The position numbers and the translations under genes were made by a program. A DNA stretch of 20,208 nucleotides from Calditrichaceae bacterium. GTDB lineage: Bacteria > Calditrichota > Calditrichia > Calditrichales > JBFXGD01. The stretch is taken from assembly GCA_050178385.1 (NCBI GenBank), contig JBFXGD010000057.1, forward strand, positions 1-20,208, given 5' to 3'. The notes below the pieces were generated by a model that saw nothing but the letters and a program-made list of their open reading frames with translations, had not been told where the DNA came from and did no database searches. Shown one piece after another: positions 8,572 through 16,358 of this stretch; position 1 is the first letter of the stretch, and each line of letters starts with the position of its first letter.

Positions 8572-9708
8572 ATGACTCCAAAAAAGCAAAAGCCTGAATG
8601 GGCTCCGGTCAATCCGGATGAATCGTTTGCTTCAAACGTGGTCGGGGGTGTTGAAGGAGGACATGACGGAATGTCAGGTAATTCGGATAAAAGATCCGAA
8701 AATGCTGTTCATGCCCGTAAATCCCTAAACACTGAAGACTATGTTAAAGGGGTTCTTAACGGCGACCGTACTGTTTTGGGCCGGGCGATTACACTGGTTG
8801 AAAGCAATGCGCAAACTCATAAAGAGCAGGCGAGAGAAGTGCTGAAACAATTACTTCCCCATACAGGAAAATCAATTCGTATTGGCATTTCCGGTGTTCC
8901 CGGCTCCGGAAAAAGCACTTTCATTGAATCACTTGGAATATACCTGATTGAACAAGGTTTCCGGGTAGCTGTTTTGGCGATTGATCCAAGCAGCAGCATC
9001 AAAAAAGGCAGTATTCTCGGTGACAAAACCAGAATGGAGAAACTGTCAAGGAATCCGGGCAGTTTTATTCGTCCATCTCCTTCCGGGGGAACCTTGGGAG
9101 GTGTAGCCGGCAAAACAAGGGAAACAATGCTGGTTTGTGAAGCAGCCGGATATGATGTGCTTCTGATAGAAACCGTTGGTGTTGGGCAAAGTGAAATCAC
9201 CGTACGCTCGATGGTTGATTTTTTCCTTTTACTGCAAATCGCCGGGGCGGGTGATGAGCTTCAGGGCATCAAAAAAGGAGTTATGGAGATCGCGGATGCC
9301 GTTTTAATAAATAAGGCCGACGGAGACAATAAATCCCGGGCTGAGGCGGCGAAGCAGGACTTTGCCATGGCGCTGCATTATCAGGAACCAGCCACAGAAG
9401 GGTGGGAAGCGAGAGTACATACCTGCTCGGCTATAACGGGCCAGGGAATTTCTGAAATTTGGAACATGATTGAAGAGTTTCGCGAAGTCACAAATGCTTC
9501 AGGTGTTTTTGAAAGGCGACGCCGATTGCAGGCAAGGGACTGGATGAACTCTCTGGTTCAGGAACAGCTTAAGCATCTTTTCCTTCATCATCCGGAAGTG
9601 GAGAAGGTGATGAAAAAAATGGAAGATGATGTGATGGCGGGAAATATTCCGCCAGCCGCCGCCGCGGATTATCTGCTCAAATTGTTTGAGAATTCTCTCA
9701 AAAGATAA
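8572..9708 (+). CDS. meaB: Methylmalonyl-CoA mutase-associated GTPase (metallochaperone) MeaB
   Basis: P-loop GVPGSGKST, AIDPSS, GSILGDKTRM, FIRPSPS, ETVGVGQSE, GDELQGIKKG and NKAD motifs; adjacent to the mutase genes. Confidence 0.96.
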   Translation: MTPKKQKPEWAPVNPDESFASNVVGGVEGGHDGMSGNSDKRSENAVHARKSLNTEDYVKGVLNGDRTVLGRAITLVESNAQTHKEQAREVLKQLLPHTGKSIRIGISGVPGSGKSTFIESLGIYLIEQGFRVAVLAIDPSSSIKKGSILGDKTRMEKLSRNPGSFIRPSPSGGTLGGVAGKTRETMLVCEAAGYDVLLIETVGVGQSEITVRSMVDFFLLLQIAGAGDELQGIKKGVMEIADAVLINKADGDNKSRAEAAKQDFAMALHYQEPATEGWEARVHTCSAITGQGISEIWNMIEEFREVTNASGVFERRRRLQARDWMNSLVQEQLKHLFLHHPEVEKVMKKMEDDVMAGNIPPAAAADYLLKLFENSLKR

Positions 9709-9874
9709 TTCAGAAGGGCGGTGTGACACATAATTAATTTTTATTTTGCCTTGTTTGATTAAACCAATTAGTTTCATTGATATAGCTGTATTTTCGTCTT
9801 TTCTTCGAAGCAGGGAAGACTGTATGAACATGGAGGTCTTAGCCGGGTATCCTTAAACAAAAAGGAGGCGGGCT

Positions 9875-10171
9875 ATGCCGACTTATGTTTTATTGACAAA
9901 ACTTGCGCCCCAGGTTCTGGGAGATGCCAAAACCCGTGAATCAATCGGTCGTGACTGGATTCACACCGTAAACGAGAAATGTCCGGAAGTGAAATGGATT
10001 GATCACTACGCCTTGCTTGGTCCATATGATTTTATGGATATTTATGAAGCTCCCGATGAAGAAATAGCAGCCAAGGTCTCGATGATTACAATGAGCAAAG
10101 GGGCTGTGAAAGCAGAGAGTCTAACCGCCATTCCGTACAAACGATTCCTTGATCTGATTAAAACTATTTAA
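9875..10171 (+). CDS. GYD-domain protein (function unknown)
   Basis: 98 aa with the MPTYVLL...YALLGPYD...EAPD pattern typical of the GYD family; strong SD AAGGAGG. Confidence 0.8.
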   Translation: MPTYVLLTKLAPQVLGDAKTRESIGRDWIHTVNEKCPEVKWIDHYALLGPYDFMDIYEAPDEEIAAKVSMITMSKGAVKAESLTAIPYKRFLDLIKTI

Positions 10172-10356
10172 GATGTTTCCGGTGACATTTGAATAGCAAT
10201 CAATTGGATACAGTTTTTCGAATCATCAGACTAAACGGCGGTATTAAAGATTTTATCCGGTTTCCATTGGATGGTTATTGAGTCCCTTGTGATTTCGAAT
10301 TTAATTTTATGTCATAGATTTGAATAGCGGAACTGAATGAAGTGTGAGGAATTGAA

Positions 10357-11334
10357 GTGGATGTTATTTTCTACGAAGCGTTTGAAGAGGAAGCTGAAGC
10401 AATAAAACAATATCTGAATCCGGATATCAAAGCCGGTTTTACGTGGAAAACGATACAGGAATACGGTCAAAATATGCCCGCGGCACCGATAATTAGTATT
10501 CGTACGCAATCGATTATTCCGGTTTCCTGGGCTACCTTACTTAAAGGGATACTCTCCAGAAGCACGGGTTACGATCATCTGACAGATTATAAAATTAAAT
10601 CGGAAACGAGCGCCGATTGCGGTTATCTGCCCCTATATTGCAACAGGGCTGTAGCGGAACAGGCTATGCTCCTGTGGATGTCTCTTTTGCGGAAATTACC
10701 GCTCCAGATAAGGCAGTTTAAGAGTTTTCATCGTGACGGACTGACCGGATATGAATGTGAGAAGAAAACACTGCTTGTAGTCGGTGTGGGAAATATCGGC
10801 CATGAAGTGGCCCGGATTGGTCGTGGACTGGGGATGAATGTGCTGGGTGTGGATATCGTAAAAAAACACAATGATATATCGTATGTGGAAATCCGGGATG
10901 GTATCGCAAACGCGGACGTAATTGTAAGCGCCATGAATCTGACAGATCAAAACAGGGCTTATTTTAATTATTCTTTGATGAAAAAATCAAAACCGGGTGT
11001 TATTTTTGTAAATATAGCGAGAGGAGAATTATCCCCGGCCGGTGATTTAATACGGTTAATGGATGAAAATCACCTGGGAGGACTAGCTCTTGATGTGTAC
11101 AATCATGAAAGCGCATTAGCCTTTACATTGAGAAATAAGAAAAAAAGTGACAATCCTGAAGTAAAAGCCATACTCGATCTGGCAAATTTTGAGAATGTAA
11201 TTTTAACACCGCACAACGCTTTTAATACAGAAGAATCAGTGGACAGAAAAGCTGAACAAAGTATCCGGCAAATTGAAAGTTATATAAAAGACGGACGGTT
11301 TCTTTGGCCCATACCGTCATCACCGGGTAAATAA
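10357..11334 (+). CDS. D-isomer-specific 2-hydroxyacid dehydrogenase (NAD-binding), substrate unknown
   Basis: RSTGYDH, AVAE, GVGNIG Rossmann motif followed by an acidic residue (GVD), VNIARGE, LDVYxxE and TPHNAFNT (catalytic Arg/Glu/His). GTG start with GAGGA SD. Confidence 0.88.
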   Translation: MDVIFYEAFEEEAEAIKQYLNPDIKAGFTWKTIQEYGQNMPAAPIISIRTQSIIPVSWATLLKGILSRSTGYDHLTDYKIKSETSADCGYLPLYCNRAVAEQAMLLWMSLLRKLPLQIRQFKSFHRDGLTGYECEKKTLLVVGVGNIGHEVARIGRGLGMNVLGVDIVKKHNDISYVEIRDGIANADVIVSAMNLTDQNRAYFNYSLMKKSKPGVIFVNIARGELSPAGDLIRLMDENHLGGLALDVYNHESALAFTLRNKKKSDNPEVKAILDLANFENVILTPHNAFNTEESVDRKAEQSIRQIESYIKDGRFLWPIPSSPGK

Positions 11335-11681
11335 ACTATTTTATCCAGATTAACAAGTAGGTCTGCCTGATAAACGGGTCTTCGAAAACATTTAAGCAGG
11401 AGAGTTAAAATCACTTTTTAAGCGGACTGAATTTGGAGCATTCGAGGTTCCGGACATACTGCTTTTTAATACGGATTCGATCACTGTCCAAATATATTTA
11501 AACTGTCCGATTCAGGAGGTCGATTTCAAAAAAAATGAAATATTTATCACCCCGTAAATTTATTAATTAATTGATCTAAATTTAATTCGTTTATAAATTT
11601 AGCTATTGTTATTTATGATATTTATATTAAATTAAAAAGTGAAATCAGAGCCAATCCGGGAAGGATTGATTCGGAGAAATC

Positions 11682-12482
11682 ATGCTTGATGCGGATCGTA
11701 TAAAAACGAATCTCACTACAGGAATTGTCGGTGAGAATTTTATTTTCCTGGAAGAAACAGAATCAACCAATAAATACGCGTTAAAATTAGCGAAGGAGGG
11801 GGCTCCCGAAGGGACGGTTGTTTGCGCAGGTTTCCAGACTGGAGGAAAAGGGCGGTTCGATCGGCATTGGTTTGCAAATCCGGGTGAAAATATGCTTCTG
11901 AGTATAATCGTCAGACCGGAAATGTTGATTGATACTGTACAGAAAATTACGCTTGCCTCGGCTGTTATTCTTATTGAAGCAATTCAATCTTTCTTAAAAT
12001 CGCGCAAAATTTCTATTCCGGATATATCTGTCAAATGGCCGAATGATTTGCTTGTACAAGGCAAAAAATTAGCAGGAATACTGGCGGAATCTATTTTACG
12101 TGATAAGAAAGTGGAAACGCTTGTCATCGGTTTTGGTTTGAATATAAACACAACGTTTGCAAAAATGCCGGTTGAAATAAGAGATATTGCCACTTCGATC
12201 GCAGAAAACTCTAAAAAAACGATACAAATTGAAGACTTTGTCAGTCATTTTTTGAATTTATTCGAAAAAAGATATCTCGAGCTAGAGAGAACAAATTATA
12301 ATAACGTAGTATCTGAGTGGAAAAGACATTGCGACCAGTTCGGTCAGAAAATAAAGATTAAAACGCCGGATGGCACGACTGAATGTACTTTTCATGACAT
12401 TAATGAAAATGGGCTATTAATTTACAGATTGCATAACGACGAACTAAAAACTCTTCACAGCGGAGAAATTCTTAAGGTATGA
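11682..12482 (+). CDS. birA: Biotin--[acetyl-CoA-carboxylase] ligase, monofunctional (no N-terminal HTH)
   Basis: STN, QTGGKGRxxRxW, KWPND and KLAGIL motifs; 266 aa. Confidence 0.93.
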   Translation: MLDADRIKTNLTTGIVGENFIFLEETESTNKYALKLAKEGAPEGTVVCAGFQTGGKGRFDRHWFANPGENMLLSIIVRPEMLIDTVQKITLASAVILIEAIQSFLKSRKISIPDISVKWPNDLLVQGKKLAGILAESILRDKKVETLVIGFGLNINTTFAKMPVEIRDIATSIAENSKKTIQIEDFVSHFLNLFEKRYLELERTNYNNVVSEWKRHCDQFGQKIKIKTPDGTTECTFHDINENGLLIYRLHNDELKTLHSGEILKV

Positions 12483-13258
12483 TTTTAGTCATTGATATCG
12501 GAAATACCCATACCGTTGTTGGGCTAATCCATGAAAAAACATTGGTCAACCATTGGCGGATTACTTCTAATTTAATGCGTACTGAGGATGAAATCGGCGG
12601 ATTGCTGAGTTTCTTTTTTAATCAGAAAGGCTACAACATAAATGATGTTGAAGGGGTTTGTATTTCATCAGTTGTACCCGATCTGACTTCAATATATTCA
12701 GAAATGAGCCAAAGATACCTAAAGCATAAACCGCTCATAATAGACGCGACACTCGATCTGGGACTCAGAGTTAAATACCGTGACCCGGCTACAGTTGGTG
12801 CCGACCGGCTGAGCAACGCCGTGGCGGGGGTTCATAAGTACGGCAAACCGTTAATTATTATCGATTTTGGCACCGCGACTACATTTGACTGTATTGATGC
12901 CAATGGTGATTATATTGGCGGTGTTATTTCTCCCGGCATTGAAACATCCATAAACGCTTTGCATCTACGTGCCGCAAAGCTGCCCAGGGTTGAACTTCAT
13001 TTTCCGGAAAAAGTAATAGGCAGTACGACCGAAGAGAGTATACAAATCGGAATTTTATATGGTACGGTTCATATCATTGAGGGATTGACGAGACAACTTA
13101 AAGAAGAGTTGGGGAGCGATACAAAAGTTATCGCCACTGGAGGTCTTTCCAGAGTTATAAGCAAAAGAACCGATGCGATTGACGTTGTGGATACTTATCT
13201 GAGCCTTGAGGGAATAGCAGAAATATATTATAGAAACCGGAAAGCAAAAAATATATAA
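12479..13258 (+). CDS. coaX: Type III pantothenate kinase
   Basis: DIGNT, SSVVP, VGADR, DFGTATT, GGVISPG and ATGG motifs; ATGA overlap with birA. Confidence 0.95.
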   Translation: MILVIDIGNTHTVVGLIHEKTLVNHWRITSNLMRTEDEIGGLLSFFFNQKGYNINDVEGVCISSVVPDLTSIYSEMSQRYLKHKPLIIDATLDLGLRVKYRDPATVGADRLSNAVAGVHKYGKPLIIIDFGTATTFDCIDANGDYIGGVISPGIETSINALHLRAAKLPRVELHFPEKVIGSTTEESIQIGILYGTVHIIEGLTRQLKEELGSDTKVIATGGLSRVISKRTDAIDVVDTYLSLEGIAEIYYRNRKAKNI

Positions 13259-13266
13259 AGTGGGTT

Positions 13267-16200
13267 ATGATTTATAAAGATAAGGTATTAATTCTTCATA
13301 AAAATCCGATTGTTCGTGAACGAATAACCGAATATCTGCGCGAGACCGGGTTTGCGGTCATTGTGGCCAGTAATACGGAAGCATCCTATGATCTCACCCG
13401 CAGCATGAACCCGGACATAATACTGTGGGGGGAATCCTTATCTTCTCAGTCAAAAGCGATCATCCGAAAAATACAATCAGGTTCAGTGGGTTCTGAAATA
13501 CCAATCATCGCGCTGATCAGTGATTTGGAATTATATGACCGGATAGAGATTGAAAAAAATGGTATCAGTGAAATAGCAAGTGATTCCGGAAGCCTTGTAG
13601 ATTTAAAGGCAAAAATCAGATTTCATCTAAATAACAGCCGCAGGCTGAAACGCTACAACCGTGAGATAAAGGGTCTTCAAAATATTGCGGAATTACAGCA
13701 TAATCTTATTATTACTCAGGATTTAAACCGGTTATGTGAATTGTACGATGACTTCATTATGAACACGTTGCGCCCTGAATTTGTAATAACTCTAATCTAT
13801 AATTCAACAACGAAACAATACGATTTTAAGAATGTTATACCCCTAAATCCCAGGGAAACGGATATCAATAAAACATTGTTTGATCATCCTATCTGGCAGC
13901 AATATTTCTTTTCAAACCCGGGTATTGCGGCGGACCGTATTTCTGATCAATATATACTTAACTTTTTCGTGACAGTTGGATTGAATCCAGCAGTATTTTA
14001 TCAGTTTCCGCATCGTGCTATGGAAAGACAAATTGGATTAACGCTGATTGGTGTCAATGAAAAAAACACATTAAGTGATATGCAATTTGATCAGTTAGCC
14101 AATCTTAGTACATCACTTGCTTACAGAATACTTAATTTGAGAAAATTATTCTCAGGAAGAGCGCCGCAACGGGAATCCACAGCGGATATTCAGAATCTGT
14201 TTCAGAGACTCAATGAAAATGAAATCTTCAACTACATGAGTCGGCAGTTATTGAAGCAATTGAACGCGAATATGTGCATTTATTTCAATTATAATGAAGG
14301 TTTCCGTTTCCTGTACCCACAATACTGCTATACAAAGCAAAATGATAATAATCTTTTTGAGAATGATAAACCTCCGGTTCTTCTGGTCAAAGATTATCCC
14401 ACATTTGAAAAATATTTACAGAATAAGGAAATGAATGTTTACTATAATCTGAGCGAAACAGTAGCCCCGGATTTGGAAAATATGGCTTCACTCGGAGGCG
14501 GAAAGTATAGCTCTATTGTGCTGTTTACCTTAAAAATTGGAAATGAGATAAAAGGGTTTTTTCTGATCGGTGACGAGAATCCAGTCAGAAAATTCGCCGG
14601 CACATCGATCCGTGACGCGGAGCAGCTTATTCAGAAAGCGACAGATGTTCTGATGGAAAGCAGGCTGATCCGCCATGCTCAGCAAACAATAAAACAGCTT
14701 GACAGAGTGTTTGAACTCGGAAAAGAACTCACGCTGGAAAAAGATATCAACGAATTGCTTACAAATATAGCATCGGCTATAAGAAGAACTCTCGGCTGGA
14801 ATATTATTGTGCTGGACAGGAAAGATCCTTACCAGGGAAAATATGAAACTGCTTGTGTATTCGGACTTCAGGAACAGGCTAAAAAGAAGCTAAAGGAAGA
14901 ATATCCGGATTCCATGTATTCTGTCTTTAAGGACCGATGTTTTGAGATCAGTAATTCATATTTTTATGATCATAATTATGATGATGACAGAATCCGCCCT
15001 TCACTGAGCAGACATTTTGAGTTGACTATCGGTAAAGAATGGAATGATCTGGACTGGCTGTTTATTCCGATTCAAAGCCGGGGCAGGGAGCTCGGAGTGA
15101 TAGCGGTTAATGATCCTGTTGAAAGACTAAGACCTACAGAAGATAAAGTCCGCAGTCTCGAATATTTTGCCAATCAGGCGGCTGTAGCGCTTGAAAATGC
15201 TGAATTATACGAGAATTTAAAATCATCCGAGCTGAAATACAGATTATTGGCCGAAACAATGACGATGGGTTTGATCACCTGTAACATGAAGGGTGAGATA
15301 TTATATACAAATAAAAGCTTCGCGAAATTATTAAAATACAGGAAGATTGAAAATCTAATTGGTCAGAACATTCTGGATCTCTGTTCTGATAAAACAACAG
15401 CTGAATTGGAAAAAAATCTTCTCGAGATCCTTAACTCGGATGGTAGCGGATCAGGGAAAACAGCCCAAATCAGCGTTTCCGGTATTGAAATTGAACTCCT
15501 TGACAATGAAAATGAATTTATTCCTCTAAGAATTTACCTGACTCCTTACTATCAGCTATCTAACAAGGTTGGTTTCCTTGGTGTTTTATCTGATCAGAGA
15601 CCGCAAAGAAGGCTTGAACGGCTTAAGGCGGATTTTAATTCAATGATCGTGCATGATTTGCGTTCCCCATTAAATATAATTCAGGGATATATCGATATTG
15701 TGCGAAACCAGGTGGTCGGGAAAATTACGACAGAGCAGGAAGAGCTTCTTACCATCGCCAGAGAAAATGTGTATAAGGTACTGAAGCTTATAGATAATTT
15801 TCTAACCGCATCAAAACTTGAAGCGGGTAAATTTAAACTTCAGAATGAAGTACAGTCTCTCAATATGTTGATTGAGTCCGCCTACGCCCAGCATCTTGTT
15901 TTGGCGGAGAACAAAAATATTGAAATGAAACTAAGTCTTGATTCAAAAATTTCACTCATGAAATTTGATAAACTGCGCATTGAACAGGTCATTTCAAACT
16001 ATATCAGCAATGCTCTGAAATTTACGGATATGGGTGGAAAAATTGAGATAGGCAGCAAACTTAGTAAAAAGCGCAATGAGCTTACGGGAGAAGGTGAGAC
16101 AGAAGTACAGGTATGGGTAAAAGATCATGGAGTCGGAATACCGGTTGATGAACAAAATAAGGTGTTCAACAAGTATGAGCAAACCGAAGCGGGAAAAGAC

Positions 16201-16344
16201 GCTTCGCTAAAAGGCACCGGACTGGGGCTGGCGATCTGCAAAGAAATTATATCGCTGCATAAAGGTGAAGTTTGGTTCAACAGCACTCCGGGCAAAGGAA
16301 GTACCTTTTATTTTAGTCTGCCGATTGTATCCCTTCACAATTAA
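13267..16344 (+). CDS. Cytoplasmic multi-sensor histidine kinase: pseudo-receiver, GAF-like domains, PAS, HisKA, HATPase
   Basis: H-box HDLRSPL, N-box QVISNYISNALKFT, G1 VKDHGVGI and G2 GTGLGLAIC. GAF end QAAVALENAELY; PAS start YRLLAETMTMGL...GEILYTN. N-terminal REC-like fold with degenerate active site; no obvious TM helix. Confidence 0.9.
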   Translation: MIYKDKVLILHKNPIVRERITEYLRETGFAVIVASNTEASYDLTRSMNPDIILWGESLSSQSKAIIRKIQSGSVGSEIPIIALISDLELYDRIEIEKNGISEIASDSGSLVDLKAKIRFHLNNSRRLKRYNREIKGLQNIAELQHNLIITQDLNRLCELYDDFIMNTLRPEFVITLIYNSTTKQYDFKNVIPLNPRETDINKTLFDHPIWQQYFFSNPGIAADRISDQYILNFFVTVGLNPAVFYQFPHRAMERQIGLTLIGVNEKNTLSDMQFDQLANLSTSLAYRILNLRKLFSGRAPQRESTADIQNLFQRLNENEIFNYMSRQLLKQLNANMCIYFNYNEGFRFLYPQYCYTKQNDNNLFENDKPPVLLVKDYPTFEKYLQNKEMNVYYNLSETVAPDLENMASLGGGKYSSIVLFTLKIGNEIKGFFLIGDENPVRKFAGTSIRDAEQLIQKATDVLMESRLIRHAQQTIKQLDRVFELGKELTLEKDINELLTNIASAIRRTLGWNIIVLDRKDPYQGKYETACVFGLQEQAKKKLKEEYPDSMYSVFKDRCFEISNSYFYDHNYDDDRIRPSLSRHFELTIGKEWNDLDWLFIPIQSRGRELGVIAVNDPVERLRPTEDKVRSLEYFANQAAVALENAELYENLKSSELKYRLLAETMTMGLITCNMKGEILYTNKSFAKLLKYRKIENLIGQNILDLCSDKTTAELEKNLLEILNSDGSGSGKTAQISVSGIEIELLDNENEFIPLRIYLTPYYQLSNKVGFLGVLSDQRPQRRLERLKADFNSMIVHDLRSPLNIIQGYIDIVRNQVVGKITTEQEELLTIARENVYKVLKLIDNFLTASKLEAGKFKLQNEVQSLNMLIESAYAQHLVLAENKNIEMKLSLDSKISLMKFDKLRIEQVISNYISNALKFTDMGGKIEIGSKLSKKRNELTGEGETEVQVWVKDHGVGIPVDEQNKVFNKYEQTEAGKDASLKGTGLGLAICKEIISLHKGEVWFNSTPGKGSTFYFSLPIVSLHN

Positions 16345-16358
16345 TCGATCTGAATCAA

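Noticed and set aside
11652..11668. Small hairpin CAATCC-GGGAA-GGATTG before birA, superficially like the SRP RNA loop
   Set aside because: Lacks the SRP internal-loop consensus and long stem; only 6 bp. This BirA also has no HTH, so it is not a bioO-type operator.
11335..11681. 347-bp intergenic region with a very AT-rich tract and three TAAATTTA copies (11555, 11577, 11594), considered as oriC or sRNA
   Set aside because: Only one near-DnaA box (TTATCCAGA at 11341) and no cluster. The repeats are irregularly spaced and expected at this AT content, and no convincing RNA structure is present.
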